The translations under genes and the position numbers were made by a program. A DNA stretch of 64,000 bases from Eledone cirrhosa. Its lineage: Eukaryota. This document shows, piece by piece, positions 31,159-45,734 of this stretch (its first letter is position 1; every line of letters begins with the position of its first letter). Below the pieces are notes generated by a model that did not search any database, had not been told where the DNA came from, and saw only the letters and a list, made by a program, of their open reading frames with translations. The stretch is taken from the NCBI GenBank assembly GCA_964016885.1, contig OZ024751.1:31806001-31870000 (forward strand), given 5' to 3'.

Positions 31159-32580
31159 CTGACCTCCAGGTGGAGAAAAACTGGAACGAGGTCACGGCCA
31201 AGGTATTTGCGCTTACCCAGAAGTGGGCAGAGTGCAAACTTTCCTTGAAAGGTCGAGCGGAGGTGGCGAACACTTTAATAGCGTCCATCATTGACTACCA
31301 CTTGACCGTCGTGCCTTGTCCCCGTGAACACCTCACCAATATGGAACGCATGCTCTTCCAGTTCCTGTGGAAGAAGAAGGCTCCACTGGTGAGGAGATCC
31401 GTCTGCTGTCAGCACCCTTCCAACGGAGGGTTGGGAATACCGTGGCTAATGATGCGCAAGCATGCGCTGAGGCTACGGCATCTATAGGTATTCCTCACCG
31501 ACCCCCAACCGGTGTGGGCACCGTTTGTGAGACAGGCCTTCCTGCAACTTGTCTCACTGACGGAGCTGCAGTCCTGGGTCAAGCGGAAACCAAAGAAAAT
31601 GGGCGCCTGGCACATTGAATGCGCTCAGGCGCTCACAGTCCTCTGTCAAGCGGGCACGGCAATCAGTGGAGACTCCATTTCGACATTCTATAGAAGGTTA
31701 GTACGTCACAAGAGCGACGACGTGCTCAGGGAGACTCTAGGCGTCGAAGACGACGAACTCACCAGTCTGTTTGGTAGGACTTTCCGCCCGGGACCAATGG
31801 ACAACTTCCAGAGGTCCCTGGCCTGGAAGTGCTACCGAGGAGCTCTACCAGTTCGTGACCAGATCTACAGGTATGGACACCTCGGCAGAGATCCTTCCAA
31901 GAGGGCGTGTCCAAGATGCGGGCAGGACATTGAAACCGTCTTGCCCGCAATTGTACACTGCCCGGGCGTAACCGACCTGTGGAACTACGCAGAACAACTG
32001 CTGTCGCGTATGGGACAAATCCAGTTGACTGCCGAGTCCATAGTAAGGATCAAACCGCCAACCTTCTTCAAAAACGAAAGAGAGGCGGTTTTCCTCTGTA
32101 TAGTGGCTATGGTGAAAGAGGTTATATGGTGGACGAGATTGAGAGGATTGAGGACAGATGCCTTTCTCTCCGGACAATAACTCATTCCCTTCTTTAGGTA
32201 CCACTTTAGAAGGAGAATCAGAGTGGAGAGAGAGGCACTGCACCCCAGTAAATTTACTGAAAGGTGGGTGAATGTAGCAAAAATGGCCCGAGTGACTGGG
32301 CCTTCTCTGTATATAAACCTGTAGGTTGAAGAAGAGAGCAAAAGGAAGAAAGGAGCACTTGCACAACATGCTCCTGAAGTTGAGGGTTGTTCTATCTACG
32401 GGGTATTAGACAATCCATTTGTGGCGCCTCCCCCCTATTGGGGATTTCGATTGTTATAATTGTTTATTTTATATTTTTTTTACACGTTTGTATGTAAAAT
32501 CCCCGGCATGTCTCCTTGTTTTGTCCCCTTTTCTTGTGCGCCCTTGTGGCTAATAAAGAAATCTATCTATCTATCTATCT
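31159..32580 (+). mobile_element. 5'-truncated Tx1/L1-clade LINE (ORF2 C-terminus and 3' UTR), directly after a SINE head
   Basis: Highly similar to 42880-44300; GGLG motif, CPRC..ET..HC zinc finger, aataaag and (CTAT)n tail. Confidence 0.9.
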
Positions 32581-32592
32581 GAATAGACCTTC

Positions 32593-32908
32593 TCTGAATG
32601 GGCCTTCTCTGTATATAAACCTGTTGGTTGAGGAAGATAAACAGAGGGAAGACGGAAACACCTACAAAACGTGTTCCTGGTGTTGAGGGTTGTTCTATCC
32701 ACGGGGTGTAAAACAACCCTGCAGTAACGTCCCGTCCCCCCTATTGGGGATTTCAATTGTTATTTTATTATATATAGTTTATTGTTATTTATTAATGTTA
32801 AAGTTATATGATATTTATGTAAAACCCCCGCCGTCACGTCTTGTAATGTCCCATTTTTGTACGCCCCTGTGGCAAATAAAGATATCTATCTATCTATCTA
32901 TCTATCTA
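32593..32908 (+). mobile_element. 3'-terminal fragment of a related Tx1-like subfamily
   Basis: gggccttctctgtatataaacctg, homologous 3' UTR and (CTAT)n tail. Confidence 0.8.
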
Positions 32909-33701
32909 TATACATCAACACGCGAAAAATAATGAAGAGATCAGACAACGAAAGAAAACATTTTTTTAAGGGGAAACCTTAAAAAATTGTTTAAAAAAAA
33001 AAATACAAACGAAGGACACAGATCTCCAAGGTCATCGACCGTTGAGGTGGACTTTGGCAGCTTCGACCCCCTACCAACGGTATATATATATATAACTGGA
33101 TCAATAAAATTCGACCGTAAACACTCCCAGCTAAGGTGTGTCCTAATACAGCGATACATAAGCTAATGTTCTACATTAAGGTAATATATACATATCTACT
33201 TCGTATGTAAAGTAAAAGATGAAGAGGTGTTGCAGTTGTAGGTTGCCCTCATCATATTCGGCCTGGAGATTTTAAACCTGACAGAGCCTATCACTGACCA
33301 GGTCGGGACACAGCTGATTTCTTCCAAAGAAAGGAAGGAAGGGAGAAAGAGAGAGAGAAATAGATTGAGAGAGAGGGGGGAGTGAGAGAGGGAGAGAGAG
33401 AAGAAGAGAGGGAGACTGAGAGAGAAGGAGTAAGAGAGAGAGAAACGACTTACTTCAGTATTGGGTTGGTACTTTATTCATCGACATTGTAGGGCATATT
33501 CATAGATACACACGCGCGCGAGCGCGCGCGCACACACACACACACACACATATATAGTGAGGTGTTATATTTCTGTAATAACTTTCCACATATTTCTTTT
33601 CCTTTTGGCTACAATGAGTGTTGTCTACACTAGGATGTGTGTTGAGTGGTTTTAAATCTTTTAAATTACTAAGAAATTTAATATCTTAAATACATACCAA
33701 C

Positions 33702-33732
<31 letters not shown>

Positions 33733-34196
33733 TTTCATATAAATACACGCATATATACATCCATATCTGTGTGTGTGTATGCGCCTGCGCGCACACACGT
33801 ATAAACTCACAGGAATGTGCGTTTCATTGCACGTATGTATGTATATATGTATGCATGCATACCTACCTACCTATATATATATATATAAATATATATACGC
33901 GCGCGCACATATATATATATATACGCGCGCGCACATATATATATATACGCGCGCGCGCACGTACACACGCACAGAAAGTCACACAGACACACAGACATAT
34001 ATATATGTGGGGAGGGTATGCTGGTCTCAACATATTAGTGTATGTGTTCGTCATCTTGTGAGGCCATGATGAAGAGGACAGCATTCTTTAAGAGGAAGAG
34101 GAAGAGATATATTTTGGTTGACATTTTTTGATTGACATTTCTTTTTGCCATTTCTGCATGAAACGTATTATATCAGAAACAGTGTTTATACTTAAC

Positions 34197-34330
34197 TATC
34201 AATGATCTTTCGTCATACATACTGTGACCTTATCAATAAATATTCTTGTTTCTCTGCGTCTCCTCTTTGATGGAGTATATGGAACAAGATCAAAACAAGA
34301 ATAATCATTGAGAAGGTCACAGAATGTGAT
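34197..34330. mobile_element. Family C fold-back with variant (U3-A8) hammerhead motifs
   Basis: Minus: TTGATAA-ggtcaca gtatg tatgac-GAAA-gatc; plus partial: TTGAGAA-ggtcacagaatgtg; homologous to 55.3 and 58.0 kb. Confidence 0.6.
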
Positions 34331-34440
34331 ATATTTTCTACCCCATCTTGAAACTTTGTCAACCGAACTCCTTGAAGTCATAGATATATCATATCACAAA
34401 GAAAACTGGATGGTCATGTCTAAAACATCTTTGTCATAGG

Positions 34441-35499
34441 CAGTGGCAGACTGGGTCTAAAAATATTGGTTGCCAGATGAAAGAGGCCCACCTACATATA
34501 GAATGCAATCGTTTAATTTTTATAATGAATAAATGACATTTTCGAAAAATATTTAAGTGGAAACAAAACAGTGCAATCAAATTTTTGCTTAAAAATATCT
34601 TACCTTCTCCAATAAAAAATATGTATTTTGCGAAATCCAGAGACTTTGATTTTGAAAGTAGGTTTATAATCATCAATTCATTATACTTTTGTAGCTGTCT
34701 CGGTGGCCTAGCTGGAGGAATCATAGACGGTGGTGATCCTGGTCTGAAGTTCGATCCTGGTCGGTAGTAGGGTTCCCGGTAAATCATTTTGGTTTTTTTC
34801 TATTGGTTGTAAAATAAAAACTGAAAAAAGGTTACATGTACCTCCTGACCAGGATTGAACCCAAGGCCAGGATCTTCACCGTCTCTAGTACCCACCTTTA
34901 GGCCACAGAGACAACTACGAAAATCTTATGAAAATTCATACTTATAAACCTACTTTCAAAATTTTCAAAACAAAGTGTTGTGGTGTCGTTCATGTCTTTC
35001 TTAATGTTATTGCTCCTATTTAAGGTCGACTTCTAAACCATTCGGGTGTTCCATAAACTACATCCTCGTTTTGTTTCACATCTATCTAGACTATATTTTA
35101 ACCTGTAATCCCTGTTTCATTTCTGTCGCACTTCATTCTCCCCCTATCTCTCTCTGTCTATATATATGTATTTTTCCATGCATAAATGAATACACTAAGC
35201 TTTAGATTTAGTAGAAGGTACAACCACTGATTCCAGCTATTTGCACTAACATATATTTTGGTTTCTAGTAATTCCCTGGGGAGTTGGTTGACCAAATGCT
35301 TTGCTTAATTGTTTTATTTATTAAAAAAAAAATGTTATTCTCTCTCTTAGATTTCAGGTATATTTTGAAAGCAAAACATTGACCCCTAAAATACTACAGT
35401 GAGCCCTGCAATGTTACTGTGGGCTCTTGCAATGCTACCGTGGGCCCAGGGGCCCCACTTGCCATTGGGCAACCTGGCAACCTGGCCAGTCCGCCACAG
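34441..35499. mobile_element. Non-autonomous hAT-like DNA transposon
   Basis: TIRs cagtggcagactgg / ccagtccgccacag; 8-bp flanks gtcatagg / gtcataga; inserted in an about 56-bp tandem repeat, so the TSD is not independent evidence. Confidence 0.7.
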
Positions 35500-35680
35500 G
35501 TCATAGATATATCATATCATAAATAAAACTGGATGGTTATGTCTGAAATATCTTTGTCATAGATATATCATATTACGAAGAGGGAAGAGAGAGAAAGGAA
35601 AGAGAGGGGGGGGGGGAGAAAGAAGAGAGAGGGAGAGGGAGAGAGAAAGAAAGAGGAGGACGAGAGGAGAGAGTGAGAGT

Positions 35681-35748
<68 letters not shown>

Positions 35749-36138
35749 TAGAGAAATACAGAGTTATAGATGTATGATGTAAAGGCAGCAACCAAACAGT
35801 AAGGATTATCAAATAAAATACCCAGCCCCTTGTTACAGACTATAATCTCCCCTGGGTCTGTTTATTTGTGAGTGTTTATAACATAGACATTGCTTACTTA
35901 GATATCAGATCCGATGGTTGGAAATGGTGTGAGGTGTATCGTGTGTGTGTGATATCACTCACACAAGTCACACCATTTACTTCGTGTTTGGCTGGTGGCA
36001 TCATCGCCATTTAAAGAGAACGCTGATCACCGCAGTCATATAGTGAGGCTGTATGTGTGCGTGTGTGTGTGCTTCTGTGTGTGTGTGTGTGTGTGTGTGC
36101 GTTCTTGTGTGCGTATGTGTGTGCTTGTGTGTGTGTGC

Positions 36139-36181
<43 letters not shown>

Positions 36182-36194
36182 TGTGTGTGCGCGC

Positions 36195-36279
<85 letters not shown>

Positions 36280-36584
36280 CGCCGTGGGTTTACGAAGTAC
36301 AAATGAGGAAATATGGATGATGTCTGAGGTGTGAATTATGGATAATGTCTTTAGATGTAGCAAAGACATTTAGTTTATAACTGTCATTGGTTTTAATGAG
36401 AGTATTAGTAACGAATTGGAACATTCGATGGTTTTATCCCCTGGCTATTTTGTTTATTGTTAACCTTGGTTTTACTGAGTATATTATTTTCAAGTTTGGA
36501 CATTCAGCGATTACTTTGTGTTTTTTTGAAATGTATCTACATTCAGTTTTAGGTGTTTGACGACATTATTTGCTTATTTATTTA

Positions 36585-36775
36585 GGGGCGGTGGATTGGC
36601 AGTATCGGCAGAGGGTCGGACGCCATGCTTTCCAGCATAGTTACGTCCCTTTACGATCTGAGTTCAAATCCCGCCGAGGTTGACTTTGCCTTTCATCCTT
36701 ACGGGGTCGATAAAATAAAGTACCAGTAATGCACTGGGTGATTGCTGGCCTTGTGCCTAAAGTAGAAACAATTAT
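36585..36775 (+). mobile_element. Meta-like tRNA SINE
   Basis: Same consensus as 27846-28033. Confidence 0.7.
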
Positions 36776-37055
36776 TTGCTTATTTACACACACACGCACA
36801 CCCACCCACACACCCACATACACACCCACACACCCACATCCTCACACCCACACACACACACACACACATGTTTGCGAAAGTTCAGATATGTTCACTGGAC
36901 CTTCGCAAACATCAACCCCTTCACATAAATGTATTAACATCTGATAATGTCACACCGATGCCGGTTGGTGTTGTAATGATCTCACACTGGTGTCACTAAA
37001 ATACGTATTATCCAATAAATACGATTATGTAACATCCTTCTTCACGTTAATTTAT

Positions 37056-37090
<35 letters not shown>

Positions 37091-37405
37091 GAGAGAGAAG
37101 AGGGATGATGAGGTGGGTGGACCGATAAGGCGGGAGGAAGAGGTGGACATGCGCACACCCAAATATAGTAAAACAATAAAAACATACAAAACACACTGCC
37201 ACATTGTCTCTTCTTAAAGTGTGTGTATGTATGTGTGTGTGTGCGCGCGTGTGTGTGAGTGTGTTGGCGGCAAAAATGACAAATTCTGAAATATGCCGGC
37301 TGCCATATGTACAAACGAGATAATTCAGTTACGCAACACAATACAACAGCTATAGAATATTAATTCTACACACCGTGTGTATGTATGTATGTATATATGT
37401 TTGTA

Positions 37406-37439
<34 letters not shown>

Positions 37440-37594
37440 CATACATATATACATACACACACGCATATATATATATATACATATACATATATACATTTAT
37501 AAATATATATATATATATATATATACACTGTTTATATATACACATACATATATATATGTAAATATATATATATATATATACATACATACACACT

Positions 37595-37650
<56 letters not shown>

Positions 37651-38009
37651 CTCTATCTGAACTCCTTAGGTTTCTCAATCACCATCCAGAACTTTGTTGT
37701 TGTTACTGCTGTTCTTGTTGCTGTTGCTATCGTTGCTGTTGTTCCTGTTGTTGTTGTCGTTGCTGCTACTGGTGTTGTTGGTGTTGTTGTTGTAGAAACC
37801 CTGAGTCTTGTTTATTAACAATAATTTCTAGTATGGCGTCAAGGAACCGACTAAGATGTCGTCTGTTAATGTCAAGAGTTACTCTCACTGTCGTCTCTTG
37901 TTGCTGCCATCTTCATGTGAAATATTTCTAGTTAGTATTACCACATCCCCCCTCTTTCTCGTTCTCTATGTATATACCACATCTCTCTTTCTTCTCCTCT
38001 CTCTCTGCT

Positions 38010-38079
<70 letters not shown>

Positions 38080-38687
38080 CACCACATCACACACTCGCCC
38101 TTCCTATCTCTCTCTCTATATATACATATTGTACACACACACACACACGCACACACATATATATAGCTTATGTGTGTGTGTATTTCATACGTTTTGGTAT
38201 TTTCGAGAGATGAGGGCAGGGGTTTTCAAATTTTAGAATTTGTAAAATTTATTTTACAAAAATCAGAAATAAATATAATGATGATGGTGATGAGGATAGT
38301 CATGATGATGATGATGATGAAACTCATGATGAGGGCGCCGTCTATATATTTTAGTGTAGTCTTTGCTGTTGTCTAGGTGTTGGGCATTCCACAGACACGT
38401 GTACCCTTAAGGTAAGTTCTCGGGAAGATTCAACGTGACACAGTGTGATACAACTCGGGAATGAAACTCACAACCCTTATGATCGTGAGACAACACCCTA
38501 ACCACAAAGCCACCTCCCTTCCCATTGATGGACACAAACATGGAAGTAAAGCAAGAATACTTACAGGAAAACACGCGTATAACGTTATGCATGTGTTAAA
38601 GTTTTGTACACATGCATACATGGATCTATCTATCTGTCTGTCTGTATGTATGTCTGTCTGTCTGTCTCTCTCTCTCTATATATATGT

Positions 38688-38787
38688 ATATCCCGGGTTC
38701 AATCAGGGGTAACCGCAATAAGTAAGGTACTGATGATATCTTTCGAATGAAACAATTCCAGTCTTGTAGAAGCCATTTCTATATATA
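38688..38787. mobile_element. Family A fold-back remnant; the inverted end joins at the hammerhead core
   Basis: ..agtaaggta|CTGATGA tatctttcgaat GAAA caa ttccagtc ttg TA gaagc. Confidence 0.65.
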
Positions 38788-39098
38788 ACCAACCAAACAG
38801 TGAGTGTGTTCTGTTATTAATTCTGGCAATATTATTACACAAATATGACCCTCGCCATATATATATATATATATCGATAGGCGTTCGACAAGATCCCAGA
38901 CCTCATTGGTTTAACGATTAGAGTGGAGTTCGTCAAATCGGACCGCGGAAACAATGTTTCCATTGATCTTTCCAAGTGCTAGCTAATACTATCTGTCGGT
39001 TGCAATTCAAGGCAGAAGGAGCAACGTGCAATAAAGTGTCTTGCTCAAGGACATAGCGCACATCGCCCTGTCTGTGCATAGAAATTACAACCTCACGG

Positions 39099-39151
<53 letters not shown>

Positions 39152-39383
39152 GTCCTATTTTGTGTGTGGGGTGTGTGGAAGCGACTGAGTTGGTGTGTTG
39201 TGTGTATAAATATGTGTAGAGATGGCTGTTTTGCTGTGTGAATGTGTAGTAGTTATGTGTTTGTGTAAGTTAGATTAAATTACACACAAATAAGCTAGAC
39301 TGTCTCAAAGAATGTAGGCGTTTTATAAATAATTACAACAGAAGGTGGGTTTAGTCTGGCCTGTCTGTCTGTTTGTCTGCCTG

Positions 39384-39449
<66 letters not shown>

Positions 39450-39475
39450 CACACACACCTTTTTCCCTACATACA

Positions 39476-40499
39476 TGGGAAAAAGGGCACAAAGAATAAA
39501 CATTACCAATATACCACCCAACATTAACATCTGGTGGATTCTGGCAGGGTTCTTGGAGGAGGATGGAGACACAATACTGTCGATTCAAAAATCCACAAGA
39601 AACACCTGGAACGGCACAAGCTTGGAAATTTTGGTCCAAATGAAACCGGACAGCATTTCCAAGATACCAGAAAGGGTGCCAGTAGACAATACAAACTATT
39701 GACAGATTTCGGCAGAAGGGAGCAGGCCACATTGTTTTAAATGCACAAGCACATCGCATTTAAAGGCCTCCTGTGCCCTCTTACGAACAAACACCACCAC
39801 CCTCCAAAAAGTACTTTTACCAACATCAACTCCAAAACCACACCAACAACAACAACACACAAAACAAGCAAACACACAAAAACAAACAACTGTTCAACCA
39901 CAAACAACAGAAAAAACACAAACAATTCCCCTGAAAAACACAGTCCCACCCCATCCCACTCCATCAAACACTACCACAATCACACATACAAACACACCAT
40001 CACCACACAACATACCTCTCCCACACGCCTCTGATGACGATTCATCACCAGACGAGGCTACTTTTCCACCCCCAATGAAGATGAAGGAGAGCCTCGTAAA
40101 TAAAAAAAAACAAAAAAAAGAGACACCATAAAGCCACAAAAACAACAATCACCAATACGAACACACAACCACCAACATAAACAACAACACAAACACCACC
40201 ACAATCAACCAGCAAAACAAACACCAACACCACCCCAAACACAAATGCCCACCATAAAAAGAAAACTACAAAATGAACAACAAACCAAAACAACAAAAAC
40301 CAAACAACAATACACATACATTAAGACAAACAACAAAAACCTAATGGAGGTCATCTCCCAAGACCCCAAAGTAGAAACTGAGAGGAAAACTTTTGTAAAA
40401 GCAGACTCTCAACCACACCTAAAACTAATAAGGGTTTCGATAGAAACCTATCAGAAATTGAAAGAACAGTTTTCACAAGACGTTGGCAACCCCTGCTAA
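39476..40499 (+). pseudogene. LINE ORF1 (gag-like), frameshifted
   Basis: MGKRAQRINITNIPP...; CFKCTSTSHLKASC (CX2CX4HX4C) near 39738-39773; T/N/K/Q-rich low-complexity tail. Confidence 0.7.
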
Positions 40500-40648
40500 A
40501 AACCAATAAACCGTGTCCTGTTGAAATGTTTCCCCACCCCACTCAACACCCCCACCAGAACTGAAATGGAAATTGAACAATCCGATCTCCAGGAAACGAA
40601 AAGATAAGTGCACCTTTTCGTCCTTTTCGCCAACTCTTCTCCACCAAC

Positions 40649-43600
40649 ATGGCTGACTTACGAGTTGGAAGCGTGAATGTGCGTGGCCTAGGGATGGCCT
40701 GAAAACAGGGCCAACTTTTAAACGGCCTTAGGTCACACGGTATAGATGTAATAGCCATCACCGAGTCCAGGATCCACAACAGGCAGCAACTAACCCCCAT
40801 CTTCAATGACTTTGAGATATACGCATCTCTCTGTCAGCCGGAAGGTGGAGGGGGAGTGACTGTCATCTTTCGGAAAACCTGGATCTCGAAGTACAGCAAG
40901 TACACTTGTATCCGGAGGGTAGACTGGTAGTCCTAGACGTGAACAGTATTTATGCCCCGACCGGCCAATCACAATCGCGGCCAGACTTCTTTAAGCGTCT
41001 AGAGTCTTTTCTGGGAACGTCTCGCTCCTTGCTTTTAGTGGGGGACTGGAGTGGTATCCTAGATACACGATGGGACTATGTGGGAGCATGTCCCAGTAGA
41101 GCGGGGTGCAACAGCCTCAAAAATCTAATCGGCCAATTCCAACTGGCCGATAGATATCGACTAGATTTCCCGACTGCACCACAGTGGACGCGGGCAAACC
41201 GCAGCGGGACATCTAGATCGTATCTAGATAGGTTTTTCATTAGAGAGAAGGACAAGAAGATGTTAAGCTGTCCACAAATGCACATGGTTGCCTATTCAGG
41301 TCACAAACTAGTCGTCTGAATAGTCAACCGTGATAGAATACATAGACAAGGACCCAGATACTGGAAGCTGAACGTGCCGTTGCCGGCACGAAAAGCCTAC
41401 AGTGGACGGATAAGTAGATTGGTTAAGCAAGAGTTGACGGGAGCCATCGTCAACAATAGATGGTGGTACTCTCTCAAGAGAGCAATTAGAGTAGAATCGA
41501 TAGGGTTTAGCAGAGAATTAGCTCTAGAAAAAAAACAAATCAGAAACAGAACTAGTAGCCAAAGTAGAAGAGTCGCTTAGGAGTGGCAACGCAGCTAGAG
41601 TTCTAGCATCGAGAACGGCACTGGACCAGTTCTTCGACGCGAAACACGAAGGCCGCGTGGTCAGAAGTAAATCACCTGCTCTAGGAAACGAGGGAGCAAA
41701 AACTGTTACCTGGGCCCGAGTGACGGAAGCGAAAAGTGGCAACAAACCCACGATTCGGTCTTTGAAAGACCAAAACGGACGCGTGCTACTTGACTCCAGG
41801 CAGATGTGCGCGGCCTTTCAGCGGCACTTTGCGCGACTGTTTGAGCAGAACGACGGTGCACCGAACGGGGCAATGGATTTTGGTTCATACCTCGACGGCC
41901 TGCCGCGTCTCTCGAGCATGGACGCCGAGTTCTGCGAAAGACCGATCACAGCCACTGAGATACGGGACGCTCTGGGCCGCTGCAGGAAACGCAAATCACC
42001 CGATCTAGATGGTCTACCCTATGAGTTTTACATAGGCATGCCGGACTTGTTCTCTGGCGTCCTTGAAGCCGTCTACTGCAATTGGCAGCAGAACGGGACA
42101 ATTCCCAGTTCTGCAGGCAAGGGCGTAGTAACGCTGATCAGGAAAGACGAGAACAGGGGGGGGGGGTGAAATAAACAATTTTAGGCCCACAACTCTCCTC
42201 AACACAGAGTTAAAGATTTTGGCCAAGGTGCTAACAACGAGGCTGGCGCTTGTCGTCGAGAACCTGGTAGGGAAAGCGCAAACGTGTGCAATCCCGACCA
42301 GGTCCATACACGACAACCTCCACCTCGATACATCATAGAGATGGTGGGGTGTAAACCCGGCTTCGGTGGGGCTCTGATCAATTTAGATCAGTCTAAGGCA
42401 TTCGATAGGGTCGACCATCGATACTTGGAAGCGGGCCTCAAGGCGGTCGGTTTCGGTCCCGTTTTCAGAGGCTGGATCAAGGCGATGCACACGAGCATCT
42501 ACTCGAAGGTCAAGGTGAACGGCTACCTATCGGAGGCGTTCGCAATCACGCGTTCCATTCGACAGGGAAGCCCTCTCACCTCCATTCTGTACGTATTGAC
42601 TCTAGAGCCACTACTGCGGAAGTTGGAGCTTTTGCAGGGCATCCCTTTAGAACCGGGACTGCTAAAAGAGGCGTCGGCTTATGCTGACGGCGTGACGGTA
42701 ATGGTGTCGAAAACCTCGGAAATCGAGGTAATCGGCAACCTACTACAGGAATATGAAAGGTTCACAGGAGCAAAACTGAACCCAGACAAGTCTGTCGGTT
42801 TGCAACTCGGAACATGGAGAGGCAAACCGATGCCGTCCGACAGCGTTGTCGGACGCTGGACGGAAGGACCGGTCCAGATCTCCAGGTGGAGAAAAACTGG
42901 AACGAGGTCATGGCCAAGGTATTTGCGCTCACCCAGAAGTGGGCAGAGTGCAAACTGTTATTGAAAGGTCGAGCGGTGGTGGCGAACACTTTCATAGCGC
43001 CCGTCATCTACTACCGCTTGACCGTCGTACCTTGTCTCCGTGAATACCTCACCAAGATGGAACGCATGCTCTTCCAGTTCCTATGGAAGAAGCAGGCTCC
43101 ACTGGTGAGGAGATCCATCTGCTGCCAACACCCTTCCAACGGATGGCTGGGCATGCCGTGGCTAATGATGCGCAAACATGCGCTTAGGCTACAGCATCTC
43201 CAGGTATTCCTCACCGACCAACCGGTGTGGGCACCGTTTGTGAGGCAGGCCTTCCCACAGCTTGTCTCGCTGACGGAGCTGCAGTCCTGGGTGAAGCGAA
43301 GACCGAAGAAGATGGGCGCCTGGCACATTGAATGCGCCCAGGCGCTCACAGTCCTCTGTCAAGGGGGCTCAGCAATCAGTGGAGACTCCACTTCGACATT
43401 CTATAGAGGGTTAGTACTTTACAAGGGCGACGACGTGCTCGGGGAGACTCTGGGCGTCGAGGACGACGAGCTCACCAGTCTGTTCAGTAGGACTTTCCTC
43501 CCGGGACCTATGGACAACTTCCAGAGGTTCCTGGCCTGGCAGTGCTACCGAGGAGCTCTACCCGTTCGAGATAAGATCTACAGGCACGGACGATTCGGCA

Positions 43601-44037
43601 GGGATCCTTCCAAGACGACGTGTCCAAGATGCGAGCAGGACATTGAAACCGTCTTGCACACAATTGCACACTGCCCGGGCGTAACCGACCTGTGGAACTA
43701 TGCAGAACAACTGCTGTCGCGTATGGGACAAATCCAGTTGACTGCCGAGTCCATAGTAAGGATCAAACCGCCAACTTCTTTCAAAAACGAAAGAGAGGCG
43801 GTTTTCCTCTGTATAGTGGCGATGGTGAAAGAGGTTATATGGTGGACGAGATTGAGAGGACTGAGGACAGATGCCTTTCTCTCCGGACAACAACTCATTC
43901 CCTTCTTTAGATACCACTTTAGAAGGAGAATCAGAGTGGAGAGAGAGGCACTGCACCCCAGTAAATTTACTGAAAAGTGCGTGAATGTGACAAAAATGGC
44001 CCGAGTGATTGGGCCTTCTCTGTATATAAACCTGTAG
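40649..44037 (+). pseudogene. LINE ORF2: AP endonuclease, reverse transcriptase, CCHC finger; multiple stops and frameshifts
   Basis: MADLRVGSVNVRGL, IYAP, LLVGDW, SYLDRF, KSPDLDGLPYEFY, LDQSKAFDRVDH, RQGSPL, AYADG, CPRC..ETVLH..HC. Confidence 0.92.
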
Positions 44038-44254
44038 GTTAAGGAAGAGAGCAAAAGGAAGAAAGGACCACTTGCACAACACGCTCCTGAAGTTGAGGGT
44101 TGTTCTATCGACGGGGTATTAAACAACCCATTTGTGACGCCTCCCCCCCTTTGGGGATTTCAATTGTTGAAATTGTTTGTTTTTATATTTTTTACACGAC
44201 GGCATGTCTTTGTATTGTCCCCTTTCTTGTTGCGCCCTTGTGGCTAATAAAGAA

Positions 44255-44304
<50 letters not shown>

Positions 44305-44935
44305 GAAACCGTCGCGCACGCATTCATACACTGCCCGGGCGTCACTGACCTGTGGGGCTATGTAGAACGACTATTGTCGCGGGTGGAACCAATCCGGTTG
44401 ACCACCGAGTCCATTGTCATGATCAAACCGCCACCCTCCTTCAAAAACGAAGGAGAGGCGGTTTTCCTTTGTGTGATAGCTATGGCGAAAGATGTTGTAT
44501 GGTGGACAAGGTTAAAAGGGCTGAGGTCAGACACCTTTCTCTCCGGCCAACAACTGATTCTTTTTTTCAAATACCACTTTGGAAGAAGAATCAGGATGGA
44601 GAGAGAGGTGCTGTACCCCAGCAAGTTTTATGAAAGGTGGGTGAAAGTGGCGGAATGGCCCGAGTGAATGGGCCTTCTCTCTATATCAGCCTGTAGGTTG
44701 AGGAAAAAGAGGAAGAGAGGAAAGGAGTACAAACTCTTCGTACTCCTGGAGATGAGGGTTGCACATTTTTTCGGGGGTATGTGTTACCCATATAAACTGT
44801 CTCCCTCTATTGGGGAAAATCAACTAATTTTTTAAATTGCATTTGTGATAATATTTTACACGTTTTTGTTGTATGTAAACTTCCCCCTTTGTATTTGTCC
44901 CCTTCTTTTGTGCCCCCGTGGCTAATAAAGAAACA

Positions 44936-44977
<42 letters not shown>
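44305..44977 (+). mobile_element. 5'-truncated Tx1-like LINE of a diverged subfamily, starting at the preceding (CTAT)n tail
   Basis: Homologous C-terminus (IRLTTESIVMIKPPPSFKNEGEAVFLC) and its own (CTAT)n tail. Confidence 0.88.
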
Positions 44978-45301
44978 CCTCTCTGTCTGTCTGCCTGTCC
45001 GTCTGTCTGTTGTTATAGCGCTGTACTATTCTAAAATGACATATGTCGCTTATTTCTCTGTGAAGGTGGTGCCAAGCGACATTCGTCTTTTCGTCTTTTC
45101 GTTGGTGAGAATTGAAAGATGGAACCCAGAAACGTATGTTGTCTCTCATCCATAAACAGACATGTTACGCATCGCTCGTATATCAACAACCCCCTACCCA
45201 CCTTTTTTTCACATCTCTTCTCCACTGCACTTTACCACTTCTTTAGCTTTTATATGCTTCGATGCTATTTTATCGCCGCCTGCCTTCTGTCTGTCTGTCT
45301 G

Positions 45302-45359
<58 letters not shown>

Positions 45360-45734
45360 TGCCTTCTTCTTCTTCTTCTTCTTCTTCTTCTTCTTCTTCT
45401 TCTTCTTCTTCTTCTTCTTCTTCTTCTTCTTCTTCTTCTTCTTCTTCTTCTTCTTCTTCTTTCTCCTACCTTAAAGTCGTTAGGCTCCGCTCTGATGATA
45501 CATCAACAACAGAATGTTGGAACGAAATGATTCTTACAACAACAAGGGCAACAACAACAACAATAATACAACAACAGCAATAAAAATAATGACAACAACA
45601 ACAACAGCAACAAAGACAATGAAAGAAAAAAGTCTTCACAATATGGTGTCAACACGAACCAGAAAAGGTCCTAGAAAATTAGACTCTAAAAATCTTGTGG
45701 GACTTATATCGATGGTAAAGAACTTACTGAAAGG

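Larger units (their letters stand above)
39450..44304 (+). mobile_element. Near full-length, decayed Tx1/L1-clade non-LTR retrotransposon flanked by (CTAT)n
   Basis: ORF1 with a CCHC knuckle; ORF2 with APE, RT and zinc finger; aataaag and (CTAT)n tail; (CTAT)n directly upstream. Confidence 0.9.

Noticed and set aside
34845-34915. tRNA-like sequence on the minus strand (and SINE heads elsewhere)
   Set aside because: No complete cloverleaf; these look like decayed SINE heads rather than tRNA genes
40027-40060. CTGATGA inside LINE ORF1
   Set aside because: No GAAA or stem III; explained by coding for SDDD
45488-45540. CTGATGA...GAAA motif
   Set aside because: Stem II is plausible but there is no stem I and no convincing stem III
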